64,000 nt of DNA, taken from contig NIVC01004407.1 in assembly GCA_002269645.1 (NCBI GenBank), positions 1-64,000 on the forward strand, read 5' to 3'. The translations under genes and the position numbers were made by a program. The notes beneath the pieces were generated by a model. It was given only the letters and a program-made list of their open reading frames with translations, did not search any database and was not told where the DNA came from. Shown piece after piece: positions 1-33,061 of this stretch. This stretch comes from Macrostomum lignano. Lineage: Eukaryota. Numbering within the stretch: the stretch's first letter is position 1; the number at the start of each line of letters is the position of its first letter.

Positions 1-400
1 CCGCGAGCGGGCGGGGGGTACCGCACCTTTTCACGGTGAGCTGACAGGTGGGCGGGGGGAGGGTACCGCACCTTTTCCACGGTGAGCTGACAGGTGGGCG
101 GGGGGAGGGTACCGCACCTTTTCCACGGTGAGCTGGCAGGCGGGCGGGGGGGAGGTAACCGCACCTTTTCCACGGTGAGCTGGCAGCGGGCGGGGGGGAG
201 GGTAACCGCACCTTTTCCACGGTGAGCTGGCAGGCGGGCGGGGGGGGAGGGTAACCGCACCTTTTCCACGGTGAGCTGGCAGGCGGCGGGGGGAGGGTAA
301 CCGCACCTTTTCCACGGTGAGCTGGCAGGCGGGCGGGGGGAGGGTAACCGCACCTTTTCCACGGTGAGCTGACAGGTGGGCTGGGGGTACCGCACCTTCT
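1..400. repeat. GC-rich minisatellite, ~47-50 bp unit (GAGGGTAACCGCACCTTTTCCACGGTGAGCTGGCAGGCGGGCGGGGGG), probably in an upstream ABCC10 intron
   Basis: About 8 tandem copies visible directly in the sequence. Confidence 0.9.
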
Positions 401-560
401 CCACAGTGAGCTGGCGCGCTGCTACTACTGATTGTGTACACACCAGTAGTTGCGTACGCGTTTGAGCTTCTGAACTGCGATACTTTGCAAAAAGTGGCTG
501 CAATTGCCTTCATTCAATCGCTAAGCCGGCTGCTGATCTCCCCGCCATGCCGAACCGCAG

Positions 561-13061
<12,501 letters not shown>

Positions 13062-13094
13062 CCAGGACTTGGCTGGGTTCAACCTCTCGTGTGC

Positions 13095-13625
13095 GAAAGC
13101 GTCCTTAGCAACCCTGTCTCACGAAAGCCTCCATAGCAACCCTGTCTCACGATAGCGTCCATAGCAACCCTGTCTCACGATAGCGTCCATAGCAACCCTG
13201 TCTCACGATAGCGTCCATAGCAACTCTGTCTCACGAAAGCGTCCATAGCAACCCTGTCTCACGAAAGCGTCCATAGCAACCCTGTCTCACGATAGCGTCC
13301 ATAGCAACTCTGTCTCACGAAAGCCTCCATAGCAACCCTGTCTCACGATAGCGTCCATAGCAACTCTGTCTCACGATAGCGTCCATAGCAACTCTGTCTC
13401 ACGAAAGCCTCCATAGCAACCCTGTCTCACGATAGCGTCCATAGCAACTCTGTCTCACGAAAGCCTCCATAGCAACCCTGTCTCACGAAAGCGTCCATAG
13501 CAACCCTGTCTCACGAAAGCGTCCATAGCAACCCTGTCTCACAACAGCGTCCATAGCAACCCTGTCTCACAAAAGCGTCCATAGCAACCCTGTTTTACTA
13601 AAATGTTCATAGCAACCCTGTCTAT
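13095..13625. repeat. 28-bp minisatellite immediately 3' of the ABCC10 stop codon
   Basis: CCATAGCAACCCTGTCTCACGATAGCGT tandem units. Confidence 0.95.
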
Positions 13626-13994
13626 CGAAAGCAAAGAGCGGCCCTGTGAGCCTGGGACATAAAGTGTTTGATGTGCGCTGCCGCCGAGACTCTACAATAG
13701 GAATTTTTCCAAACTAATTCTTAGTCGTGATTCGTGATTTTGACAATTTTATTATTTACTGCTAAAATGGTCTTTCTTTTATTCTCAATTTCTTACCTGT
13801 TACTGATTCCGTCGCACTCCACACCTGCGCTGGCTCCTTGCCAAGCTTGCGTCTCTGATCCCGGTGTCTGGCATTGTTTAATTGAAACTGTCAAATGTGC
13901 TGCGAAGTACTCCGAAATATTGGTACGGTTTCTGGTCTTCTAAAAGCTGAGATCTTCAGTTGTTGAGCTGTCATTTTCCCATATATTCTCCCAT

Positions 13995-14360
13995 ATCCTC
14001 CCATACCCTCAGCTGCAGCCTCCCATACCCTCAGCTGCAGCCTCCCATACCCTCAGCTGCAGGGCCAGCCTCCCATACACTCAGCTGCAGCCTCCCATAC
14101 CCTCAGCTGCAGGGCCAGCCTCCCATACCCTCAGCTGCAGGGCCAGCCTCCCATACACTCAGCTGCAGCCTCCCATACACCCAGCTGCAGCCTCCCATAC
14201 CCTCAGCTGCAGCCTACCGCCAGCCTCCCATACCCTCAGCTGCAGGGCCAGCCTCCCATACCCTCGGTTACTGGGCTACCGCCAGCCTCCCAGACCCTCA
14301 GCTGCAGGGCCAGCCCCCCATATCCTCGGTTACTGGGCTACCGCCAGCCTCCCAGACCCG
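13995..14360. repeat. 22/28-bp minisatellite (CAGCCTCCCATACCCTCAGCTG +/- CAGGGC)
   Basis: Visible tandem units. Confidence 0.88.
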
Positions 14361-14914
14361 TGTGTTGAATTTCGCTAGCGCCCGTACAATTGCAGCCCTG
14401 TATTTTTCACAGAACTTATTGTGAAGCCCTGAGCAATTTTCTGTCGCCAATTGCCAGAACGCGAGACCCCGGGCCCTTCGCAGACTGTTTGCCGTTTCTT
14501 GATTGAAAACCGCTCACACTCGGCCTGTCTATGAATCTATGAATAAATATGCAGTACTTAACCATTTACTTGATTAATCGTACCAATTACCGTTTTGGTA
14601 TCTCACTAAATCCCAATGCTTGCATGTACAATTCCTTCATTTTGTCACCAGCGCGTGTTGTTCAGGCTCTCAGCTTTATGTTGCTTGTCCAATTTTTACC
14701 TTCATGCCAATTTCTGCTCTGATCTCAATCCTGTAATTTTCTTTCAATAGCTGCAGCACTTCCGATTGCGCATGCAGATACACGAGAGGCGGGCACTGTT
14801 TCTGATTTGTTCCTAGCAACTCGAATCCAACTGAACTCGCATTGATTGGAGTGGCCTCATTTGCACTTGCTCACCCTGCTGCGGCCTCACGGTTGCCTTC
14901 AGGTTGGCAGCGGT

Positions 14915-15592
14915 TGAGAATGGCCTCAGCTCACAGCAGGGATTGAGAATGGCCTCAGCTCACAGCAGGGATTGCATGAGAATGGCCTCAGCTCACAGCA
15001 GGGATTGAGTGAGGATGGCCTCAGCTCACAGCAGGGATTGAGTGAGGATGGCCTCAGCTCACAGCAGGGATTGAGTGAGGATGGCCTCAGCTCACAGCAG
15101 GGATTGAGAATAGCCTCAGCTCACAGCAGGGATCGAGTGAGGATGGCCTCAGCTCACAGCAGGGATTGAGAATGGCCTCAGCTCACAGCAGGGATTGAGT
15201 GAGGATGGCCTCAGCTCACAGCAGGGATTGAGTGAGGATGGCCTCAGCTCACAGCAGGGATTGAGTGAGGATGGCCTCAGCTCACAGCAGGGATTGAGTG
15301 AGGATGGCCTCAGCTCACAGCAGGGATTGAGAATGGCCTCAGCTCACAGCAGGGATTGAGTGAGGATGGCCTCAGCTCACAGCAGGGATTGAGTGAGGAT
15401 GGCCTCAGCTCACAGCAGGGATTGAGAATGGCCTCAGCTCACAGCAGGGATTGAGTGAGGATGGCCTCAGCTCACAGCAGGGATTGAGAATGGCCTCAGC
15501 TCACAGCAGGGATTGGGTGAGGATGGCCTCAGCTCACAGCAGGGATTGAGTGAGGATGGCCTCAGCTCACAGCAGGTATTGAGGATGGCCTC
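14915..15592. repeat. 33/29-bp minisatellite (TGGCCTCAGCTCACAGCAGGGATTGAGTGAGGA)
   Basis: Two interleaved length variants. Confidence 0.95.
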
Positions 15593-16327
15593 AAGATGGA
15601 GGCGGCCCCAAAAGTCCTGAATCGAGCGCGCCAAGAGGTGCCGCCCCTGAAGAGGCGCTGAACGTGCTGCGGCGTATCCGGCCGCTGGGCTGAAATCCCA
15701 CGCGAATCCATGGCCGCTGCGGTCCCGCAGCGCTCGGGGAGCCCTGCATCAATTAATCGAACTGGGAGGGCGGGGCAGCAGCTGCGGAAAGTCCTTCACT
15801 CCGACTGATAATAAAAATGGCTGCTTTTTCTTCAGCTGAAATATCCGGGGCCTGCGATGCGGGATAAATGCGCGTGGCTTGAAGGCTCACTAGACAAATC
15901 TGAGCCATTTTGCCCTCTACAGTCTTGTGGCGATGGGGAATTAGCGGCCGAGCAGCTGCTCAGCAGAGAAGAATGAGCCGCAGCCCCCCTGTTGCCGGGC
16001 CGCCAGTAGATGCCCCCGCTGTCCCTTCATCCCAGCCTCCGCTGCCTCATTAATTTTGCCCGTGAGAGCCGCGCCATCTGCTGGTCGGCAGGTCCTTATC
16101 CCGATAATCCCGATAAACTCCTCTTTTCTATGGGGAGTTTTCCCCTGCTTATCCCACTTGTCCTCGGCGCGCCCTGCCGGTCATCCGGGCCTCCTGCCTC
16201 AGGCGGCCGGCGGCTGCGGGATTGGCAGCGAAAAACTCGATACCTCAGTGGGAGAATAAACAGGGATTTGAGGTCGGGGGCTGCATCTCTCAAAGAGCAT
16301 GCTTTGCTATTCGACTCAAGCCGAACT

Positions 16328-16885
16328 GCCAGATCCTCAGTTACTGAGCTGTCTCCTTCCCAGATCCTCAGTTACTGAGCTGCCTCCTTCCCAGATCCTC
16401 AGTTACTGAGCTGCCTCCTTCCCAGATCCTCAGTTACTGAGCTGTCTCCTTCCCAGATCCTCAGTTACTGAGCAGCCTCCTCCCCAGATCCCCAGTTACT
16501 GAGCTGCCTCCTTCCCAGATCCTCAGTTACTGAGCTGCCTCCTTCCCAGATCCCCAGTTACTGAGCTGCCTCCTTCCCAGATCCTCAGTTACTGAGCTGC
16601 CTCCTTCCCAGATCCCCAGTTACTGAGCTGCCTCCTTCCCAGATCCCCAGTTACTGAGCTGCCTCCTTCCCAGATCCTCAGTTACTGAGCTGCATCCTTC
16701 CCAGATCCTCAGTTACTGAGCTGCATCCTTCCTAGATCCCCAGTTACTGAGCTGCCTCCTTCCCAGATCCTCAGTTACTGAGCTGCCTCCTTCCCAGATC
16801 TTCAGTTACTGAGCTGCCTCCTTCCCAGATCTTCAGTTACTGAGCTGCCTCTTTTCCAGATCCTCAGTTACTGAGCTGCCTCCTC
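16328..16885. repeat. 31-bp minisatellite (CAGATCCTCAGTTACTGAGCTGCCTCCTTCC)
   Basis: Direct tandem periodicity. Confidence 0.95.
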
Positions 16886-17689
16886 AACTGCTCATCCTGA
16901 CTTTGGCCAATGGCATAACTTGGCTCCGGACTCGGAACTGCTTCGGTCAACTCTAGAAATCCGTGGCCATTTGTCTCACAGAAGTCATGATGTACAAAAA
17001 TGAGAAGACCAGGCACTGACTGACGGATATGCGTGGGTGATTCGCACCGCACTGATAATTAATAATCAATTAGTCGCAGCAGTGGTATTTGATATGCCGG
17101 GGATTTCAATCGGTGACAAAACAACATCGAGGGTGCATTGCAAAATCTCAGTTAGCCTTGCTGTACACAGTTGGGGCGGTGAACTTGAAGTTTTCACGCG
17201 CATAAACAAACGATTGCAGATCGGCTGCAGGTGAGAGAACGCTTGGGACTCTCGCTAGGTTTTTCATATCGGCTTTCAGACTGACTAAGCGCAGAAAAAG
17301 TACATTCAGCGGGGAGCAGCAGCATTGCTCTGGCGCGAGTTAGAAGCAGCATTTGCGGCATTCCCTGCAGCCACTGCAATTCTTACCCGGTTTGTTTTGT
17401 TCGCTCTTTATTTGAGCTTGTTGGAGCATCTGGCAGCCTGGCTTTGGGCTGGCTGCAGACCCGCCAAGAGCAGCAATCGATAGACTGCTCCAGCTGAGCC
17501 TATAGGGCTTACACTTTTTCTTTGCTTTTAGGAGCAGAAACTTCGCAATTGTTGGAGAGCGCCCAGCCCAATTTGCTGCTGATTTCAAGCGGCAATCAAT
17601 TGCTGCTTCTCACAGCGGCCCACAGCCGAGGTCTGCGAGCAGCAGGTTAGCATTAATGTAGCGATGTGCATTCAGCAATAGCAATTATA

Positions 17690-17960
17690 ATATTCAGCGC
17701 TAAGGGAATTCGGCTGACTGCTGAGCGCATGCAAGCGCTGCACACAGGCATGCAGTCACAAACACGCTCACAGCGGCCGTGACTCCAGTCCTCAGGCATG
17801 TGCACTCTCTGTGCCTTGGGGGGTTGGCACTCACGGCTGTGCATCGCACGGAAACCCACCGGCGAATTTTTGTGCTCACGAGCCCCAAATGAATGCGGCC
17901 GCGCACGGAATCGAACCCGGGCTCGTGGCGTGAGAGTCGGACTGAGTCAGCTCTGCCCCC
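17690..17960 (-). mobile_element. tRNA-derived SINE, divergent head, shares central core with the copies at 50178 and 62267
   Basis: Perfect B-box GGTTCGATTCC (17907-17917, minus strand), followed by ATTTGGGGCT and the core GCCAACCCCCCAAGGCACAG..GTGCACATGCCT..GGCCGCTGT. Confidence 0.7.
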
Positions 17961-18037
17961 GCGCATTCAGTACTGAGTCCGCCACGCAGAGTACAGGTTG
18001 CAGTCCCTGCTCCTGCCGCCTCCGTGCTGCCGCATCG

Positions 18038-24331
<6,294 letters not shown>

Positions 24332-24358
24332 CCAAAAACAGTTGTGATGTGTAAGAGA

Positions 24359-26090
24359 CTGTCACTGGCTGTGGCTGTGTCTCAGACAGCGGGCTGTCAC
24401 TGGCTGTGTCTCAGACAGCAGGCTGTCGCTGGCTGTGTCTCAGATAGCGGTCTGTCACTGGCTGTGTCTCAGACAGTAGGATGTCCCTGGCTGTGTCTCA
24501 GACAGTAAGATGTCCCTGGCTGTGTCTCAGACAGTAGGATGTCCCTGGCTGTGTCTCAGACAGTAGGATGTCCCTGGCTGTGTCTCAGACAGTAGGATGT
24601 CCCTGGCTGTGTCTCAGACAGTAGGATGTCCCTGGCTGTGTCTCAGACAGTAGGATGTCCCTGGCTGTGTCTCAGACAGTAGGATGTCCCTGGCTGTGTC
24701 TCAGACAGTAGGATGTCCCTGGCTGTGTCTCAGACAGTAGGATGTCCCTGGCTGTGTCTCAGACTGTAGGATGTCCCTGGCTGTGTCTCAGTAGGATGTC
24801 CCTGGCTGTGTCTCAGTAGGATGTCCCTGGCTGTGTCTCAGACAGTAGGATGTCACTGGCTGTGTCTCAGACAGTAGGATGTCACTGGCTGTGTCTCAGA
24901 CAGTAGGATGTCAGCGGCTGTGTCTCAGACAGTAGGATGTCCCTGGCTGTGTCTCAGACAGCAGGATGTCAGCGGCTGTGTTTCAGACAGTAGGATGTCG
25001 CTGGCTGTGTCTCAGACAGTAGGATGTCAGCGGCTGTGTCTCAGACAGTAGGATGTCAGCGGCTGTGTCTCAGACAGTAGGATGTCAGCGGCTGTGTCTC
25101 AGACAGTAGGATGTCCCTGGCTGTGTCTCAGACAGTAGGATGTCTCTGACTGTGTCTCAGACAGTAGGATGTCTCTGGCTGTGTCTCAGACAGTAGGATG
25201 TCTCTGACTGTGTCTCAGACAGTAGGATGTCTCTGGCTGTGTCTCAGCGGGCAGCTGTTCACCAAGTCTGCGCCGAAGCGAGCTGTTCTTTGCTGTGCCC
25301 GGCTGGGTCAGGCGGCAGCCCAGTTAGGAAAGCCTCGGCTGTGTCCTCCGCCTCTCGCTGTGGCTGTGGCTGCCTATATTTGGCCTGGACATGCAGGCCT
25401 GCCCGGGCCGTGAGCAGCAGCCAATCAACGGGCTGCCCCCTGCAGTGCACAGGCCGTGACGACTGCCAATGACTGCAGGAGTATTCGGTCTGCTGCACTT
25501 TACCAGCTGGCTGGCATTAGCCGCAGCAGCGGTGGAAGTCGTGCAAAACACGAGCATGCGAGAGCGCGAAATTTTAACTCCAGCATCCTGCGAAAGGAGA
25601 GGTCAGACTTCACCTTTTATAGCAACTCGGAAAGCTATGGGAAACCTCTGAGAACTTTCTGGATTTGAGTTGTTTGGTCAATAAACAAGTTGACATTTTC
25701 GGTAAAAGTTGCTGAACATCTTGACGCCCTTGAGTGCTGTTGACGACCCACAAATGCTTTGTCTGCGACACAGCCAGTGACTCAGTGCCTGCTGTCTGAG
25801 ACACAGCCAGGGACATCCTACTGTCTGAGACACAGCCAGTGACATCCTACTGTCTGAGACACAGCCGCTGACATCCTACTGTATGAGACACAGCCTGTGA
25901 CATCCTACTGTCTGAGACACAGCCAGTGACATCCTACTGTCTGAGACACAGCCAGTGACATCCTACAGTCTGAGACACAGCCAGTGACATCCTACAGTCT
26001 GAGACACAGCCAGTGACATCCTACTGTCTGAGACACAGCCAGTGACATCCTTCTGTCTGAGACACAGCCTGTGACAGACCGCTGTCTGAG
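24359..26090. repeat. Inverted pair of 29-bp minisatellite arrays (foldback-like): left arm 24359-25247, right arm 25761-26090, ~510-bp unique core
   Basis: Left unit CTGGCTGTGTCTCAGACAGTAGGATGTCC; right arm is its reverse complement. The same variant unit (CAG/TAGCGGTCTGTCAC) occurs near both outer ends. Confidence 0.85.
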
Positions 26091-27294
26091 CAGTTGAAGA
26101 ATCATTCGGCTTTTGAGAAAGCATCTATAGCTGAGTAACCATGGATACGGCTGATAAACAAGGCGTGTTTTAAACTCGGAGGAGGCCAGCGGGCCACCCG
26201 TGCAGCTCTGAGCTCAGGTCACGCCTACCTGCCACGGCCGCCCCGGCTCCAGTGATGAATCGCTGCATGTCCCGCAGGGAGCGGCTGGGAGCCGCGGCAG
26301 TTTAGCCTGTACCAGCATTGAACTGCTGCCAGTCTAATTTCACCCTGCACTAGTCAGGGCGGCTCAGCACCGCAGCTCGCGGTGCTCGGGAAGCTTTTTA
26401 CAGAGCTCGCTAATTCCCGGTGCAAGCTCGCAGTAGATCTGCATGCCCCCAGAACGAATTGGAATATTGATAATTGCGGGCGTATAATGGCATTTCCAGT
26501 AGTAAAGACTCCCTGCCGGGCATCGGGTATAATTAACCAAATCTCCTTTTAAAATCGGTCAAAGAGTGGTAAAAAGCTCCATTCGAACTTGTGAAGCTTC
26601 CGGTCTAACCAATAAAACTCCCTAAAGTCTAAAAAATGCGTCCAGTCGAGCTCGGCAGCATCCGGCAGGAAAACATTCGCCGCAGAGCTTGGCCAGCGGC
26701 ACGAGACCGCGGCACGGCAGAGTCAGTGAAGCTGCAGGCGGCCCCACAAACTTCTCCCTCCGTGTCCAGCTTAATTAATGCAACCGGCGGCCCCCTCCCG
26801 TGCATAAATTAGCCCGGCTTCTACGCCTGACTTTGCTCTGCTGGGAGGGCAGCGAGTTCTCATCAGCGAGTCTCCATGGCGATGCGGGCTGTCCGGCTTC
26901 CTGCGCTCAAAGTTGCCGGGCCCCGGACAAAGACCGGCCAGTTCCGGCCGCTAACCCAACGCAATTTCACTAATAGCGGCCGACTTCGCCTGATTGAATT
27001 CCCTGCGACTGCCGGCTGCAGGCGCGCTGCGCAGCTGGCGCCCGGCAGGACTTCTTTACGACGCCTGGGGAATCCGCCGCCTGATGATCCCCGCCGAGCG
27101 GGAAGAATCTCCCATTCTGGGGCGGCCGGAACCGCTTCGCTAACTTTTGGAACTCTTTATGGCTTCGCCGCGACTGGCTTTGAGGACGCAAAATTGTAGC
27201 GACTGGAAGTGTGGTGGGGCATGGGGCATTGGGAACCGCCTCCTGCAGAGCGGACCCGGATCCCATTGTCACATGACCGGCCTGAGCTGCAGCG

Positions 27295-28088
<794 letters not shown>

Positions 28089-28729
28089 ACGGTTTCAGCC
28101 GTTCCGACTGTCAGGCGGGCCTGAATCTGGAAAGCACCGCCTCCCAGAAGCCGCTAAGGGCTGCCACTTTCTCCCCTGCCAGCCCACCAAGCGGTGCGCA
28201 TGGCGGAGGCAGATGAACAGTGGGTCCGCGGCCCGCTGTCAACTGCTGTCGCCCAGATGGCATACGGATCTGTTGGGGAGGGGTGGCTGGTGGCAGAGGG
28301 CGGACGGCCTGGCCGCCTGGCAGTGAAAGTCAAGCCGGGCAGGGAAATTCAGCCCAGCCCAAGCTGTTTCCAGGGGGGAAGTCTGAGCAACTTTAGGGGG
28401 GTCGATAAGCTCGTAAAAGGTGTGAACTTTTGCATCCAAACAGAAACTTATTCAATTCTTTCTGTGAAACCTTGATCTGGGACAGAAATTCCACAACTTC
28501 AGGTATCAATAAACCCATGAAAAAATCACAAAATTTCAATAGAAGCCTCAAGTTCTCCAGCTCTTCAAGTGGTTTCTTGAAAGTCCCCATGGAAACTACG
28601 CATAAGGGAATCTCCCACAGGAATCTAACACCGAAATCTTCTCCTGAACTTTACACCAGTAACCCGACAGGAAAGTTGCAAGGCAAGCTTTGCCAGGTAT
28701 CTTTCCCGGAAATTACACCAGGATGCCAC

Positions 28730-29740
28730 ATCAGAAATCTACAGTAGTAATCTTCACTGGGAATTTAATCCAGAAATCTACACCGGAAATTTACAACAGG
28801 AATCTACACCGAGAATCTACACTGGGAATCTACACCGGGAATCTACACCGGGAATCTACACTGGAAATCTACACCGGGAATCTACACTGGAAATCTACAC
28901 CGGGAATCTACACCGGGAATCTACACTGGAAATCTACACTGGGAATCTACACTGGGAATCTACACCGGGAATCTACACTGGAAATCTACACCGGGAATCT
29001 ACACCGGGAATCTACACCGGGAATCTACACCGGGAATCTACACCGGGAATCTACACCGGGAATCTACACCGGGAATCTACACCGGTAATCTGCACCGGGA
29101 ATCTACACTGGGAATCTACACTGGGAATCTACACCAGAAATCTACATCGGGAATCTACACCGGGAATCTACACCGGGAATCTACACCGGGAATCTACACC
29201 AGAAATCTACACCGGGAATCTACACTGGGAATCTACACTGGGAATCTACACCAGAAATCTACATCGGGAATCTACACCGGGAATCTACACCGGGAATCTA
29301 CACCGGGAATCTACACCAGAAATCTACACTGGGAATCTACACTGGGAATCTACACCGGGAATCTACACCGGGAATCTACACCAGGAATCTACACCAGGGA
29401 TCTACACCGGGAATCTACACCGGGAATCTACACCGGGAATCTACACTGGGAATCTACACTGGGAATCTACACTGGGAATCTACACCAGAAATCTACATCG
29501 GGAATCTACACCGGGAATCTACACCGGGAATCTACACCGGAAATCTACACCGGGAATCTACACCGGGAATCTACACCAGGGATCTACACCGGAAATCTAC
29601 ACCGGGAATCTACACCGGGAATCTACACCATGGATCTACACCGGGAATCTACACCGGGAATCTACACCATGGATCTACACCGGGAATCTACACCAGGGAT
29701 CTAATCTACACCAGGGATCTGCACCGGGAATGTTCACTGG
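28730..29740. repeat. 13-bp minisatellite (AATCTACACCGGG) with degenerate flanks
   Basis: Visible. Confidence 0.96.
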
Positions 29741-30935
29741 GAATGTACGCCGAGAATCTGCATGAAGTCTCCCTGAAAATTATCCAGAGATTCCCGCCGA
29801 GGTTTCCCTTGAGGGTCCCCTCCGAAATCTCCGCAGCTTCAAATCTCCCTGGAAGTGACTCGTGAGCAACCCGAAATTTTCCGTCACCTTTTGGTCCACT
29901 TTGGCAGAAATTTCACCGTCAATCGCCTTCCAGCAACAGTCAAGAGTCGAACCTCGGTGGCAGAGACAAGGGGAGCATTGCCTTTCTCCGTGAGCGCATT
30001 CCCGTCCGATGAGCAAACAAAACCTGCAAAAGCTGGCGATCTGCCGCAGCTCTGCTTTTCCCCACACGCGATTGGCTGCTCAATCATGCCAGCTCGATGA
30101 ACTCAAAATGATGCAGATGCTTGCAGATCCTGGCGAGGCTTGTGAAAGTCTAACTAAATAAAAGCAATTCTCAATGCGACCCCGTGCCCCTCACTTTGCA
30201 ACCATCGTTTGTGTTCTGTTTCAAAAATTTAGCATGCAAAAACACTTGAACACGTTTATTAGTTGGTATTTTTTATAAGTACTTCAGTATAACATTAGGA
30301 GTCCATACTGCAAGGCTCTACTAATAGTAAGCGGGCTAAGCAGCTTTAAAATTCTTTGTAGACACACAAATTGATCTCGCCCTTGACTTAGCAGCCGTGA
30401 CAAACCGAGTTTTTCTTGACCATAAAGACCACTTTTACCAGCTGCTGGTAGATGTAGATGTACTTACGTGAGTTTCTGGAATGCGAACTAAAAATCCTCA
30501 GACTCAAATGCGGCCATCTTTCAGATTCAACTATTTCAGAGCTGCGCTGGGGAAACAGAATATTGCTCTTTGCAGTTCAGCTTAGGGGCAGTTGACTTAA
30601 TCCAGAGTAACGGACTTATTAAGGATGCAGTGACTGTTTAATTTTGATTAGGAGTTGTCAAAACTGAAGCGGACCTTTTGGGTACACAAACCAGTGTCAG
30701 TTTTGAAGCAACTGTCAAAATGGAATCGGACTTTGCTGTCCAACTAGTCAGGCTGTTTTAGTCTATGTGTGCAAAAGGATGGAGAAAAATATTTTTTTCA
30801 ATACTTGTACATCCCAAAATCAAGGTCAAATTGAGCTGCTTTTAATTGGATTACTTTGTTACCGAGTTTTCCTAGGCGATGTTGACTAAACGTGCATTGT
30901 CTCACGCTGTACGCTCATTATTCAACGCTTGAACC

Positions 30936-32028
30936 TCCATGCCTCTGTGACTGTCTCTGTACGCACCTCCCATGCCTCTGTGACTGTCACTGTACGCACC
31001 TCCCATGCCTCTGTGACTGTCACTGTACGCATCTCCCATGCCTCTGTGACTGTCACTGTACGCACCTCCCATGCCTCTGTGACTGTCACTGTACGCACCT
31101 CCCATGCCTCTCTGTGACTGTCACTGTACGCATCTCCCATGCCTCTGTGACTGTCACTGTACGCACCTCCCATGCCTCTGTGACTGTCTCTGTACGCACC
31201 TCCCATGCCTCTGTGACTGTCTCTGTACGCATCTCCCATGCCTCTGTGACTGTCACTGTACGCATCTCCCATGCCTCTCTGTGACTGTCACTGTACGCAC
31301 CTCCCATGCCTCTGTGACTGTCACTGTACGCATCTCCCATGCCTCTGTGACTGTCACTGTACGCACCTCCCATGCCTCTGTGACTGTCACTGTACGCATC
31401 TCCCATGCCTCTGTGACTGTCACTGTACGCACCTCCCATGCCTCTGTGACTGTCACTGTACGCATCTCCCATGCCTCTGTGACTGTCTCTGTACGCATCT
31501 CCCATGCCTCTGTGACTGTCACTGTACGCACCCTCATGCCTCTGTGACTGTCTCTGTACGCACCTCCCATGCCTCTGTGACTGTCACTGTACGCACCCCC
31601 ATGCCTCTGTGACTGTCTCTGTACGCACCTCCCATGCCTCTGTGACTGTCACTGTACGCACCTCCCATGCCTCTGTGACTGTCTCTGTACGCACCCTCAT
31701 GCCTCTGTGACTGTCTCTGTACGCACCCTCATGCCTCTGTGACTGTCACTGTACGCACCCTCATGCCTCTGTGACTGTCTCTGTACGCACCCTCATGCCT
31801 CTGTGACTGTCACTGTACGCACCCTCATGCCTCTGTGACTGTTTCTGTACGCACCCTCATGCCTCTGTGACTGTCACTGTACGCACCCTCATGCCTCTGT
31901 GACTGTCTCTGTACGCACCTCCCATGCCTCTGTGACTGTCACTGTACGCATCTCCCATGCCTCTGTGACTGTCTCTGTACGCACATCCCATGCCTCTGTG
32001 ACTGTCACTGTACGCACCCTCATGCCTC
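30936..32028. repeat. 35-bp minisatellite (CCATGCCTCTGTGACTGTCACTGTACGCACCTC-type)
   Basis: About 30 units. Confidence 0.95.
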
Positions 32029-32890
32029 TATCGCGCTCCATTTAATATTTGTTTGAGCAAAAAAATTGCCCTTTCTCGCCTTCCAGCTTATCACTTCCCA
32101 AGCCACTGAAGACGACAGTTAGCTCGTAAGAGCTTTTCGTCATCATAGTGTCTATAAAAGGGGGTGGCGGTGCAGGCCCAAGACATCCAGCTGTGCTTGC
32201 TAGTGGGCCATTCAGCCGCCGGCGAGGGCCAATTGGGCTTCTCGTGTCACAGACTTTCAATTTGATGGAGCATCTGTTGACAAATCCTAAATACGAGCGG
32301 TTTCGAAACCTCTAAAGCAGCAAGGCTTTAGTCATGGCAGAAGGATCTCCCTAAACGCCATGGTAGACTTCGAGTCTGAGAGTTTGCTTTTGCAATAAAC
32401 GTGCTCTGACAAAATGCGACTCGAACACAGCAAATCAGAAGTTTTCTTTGAGAAAACTGAAAGAAACTTAAAGAAAGTTAGGAAAAATTGGGGCGGACGC
32501 AATCTTGTGCCGTTTGAGGCAACTTGTGTGTGGAAAAAATGAAGTAAACAATTAGTGACGGGTGCAAAACAATCCCAGCAGACAGGCGAAATAAAAGTGG
32601 CGAAGTCAACTCGGCGGCACAGCAATGAAAATTTCCGCTTCAAAAGAAAGCCGCTCCTGGCTGACAACGTCGATTCGCCGGGGAGTATGCAGAAGCCTGA
32701 CGATCATTTCGACAGCTACCAAAAACACAGAGCCATAAAAGTCCTCGCCGCCCGCCCCCGCCCCTATGAAGGCTTCCGGACTCTCTTTTACATTTATTGA
32801 GTTCGATTCACACCTCCGAGCTTTCTGTAACTCGCGATTTTCAATACTTTCATTTAAAGATTCGATCAAACTCCTTCAACAAGCCGAGCC

Positions 32891-33061
32891 ATGCTGAGAC
32901 TTCTGATGCTTCTCGTCGCTCTGGTTCTGGTAGGCGCCGCGCAACTGGCGGCTGGCGACTGCAGCTGCGACGCTGAGAGTGACGATGGCAGCTGTGTTGG
33001 AGAGCCTGAAAACGTGTGCAATCTCGGCTTCTGCGTTGGTCAGGGCGGCTGCATGCTATGA
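32891..33061 (+). CDS. Small secreted cysteine-rich peptide precursor (56 aa)
   Basis: MLRLLMLLVALVLVGAAQLAAG-DCSCDAESDDGSCVGEPENVCNLGFCVGQGGCML*. Good Kozak context (GCCATG), hydrophobic signal-like N-terminus, 6 Cys, AATAAA at 33120-33125. Below the 60-aa cutoff of the ORF track. Confidence 0.72.
   Translation: MLRLLMLLVALVLVGAAQLAAGDCSCDAESDDGSCVGEPENVCNLGFCVGQGGCML

Noticed and set aside
28194-29088. Short ORFs between the (TCTA)n and 13-bp arrays
   Set aside because: No recognisable product; the later ones are derived from the degenerate array flank.
32153-32160. Consensus TATA box TATAAAAG upstream of the peptide gene
   Set aside because: About 730 nt from the ATG with intervening ATGs; it cannot be assigned to the gene without TSS data.
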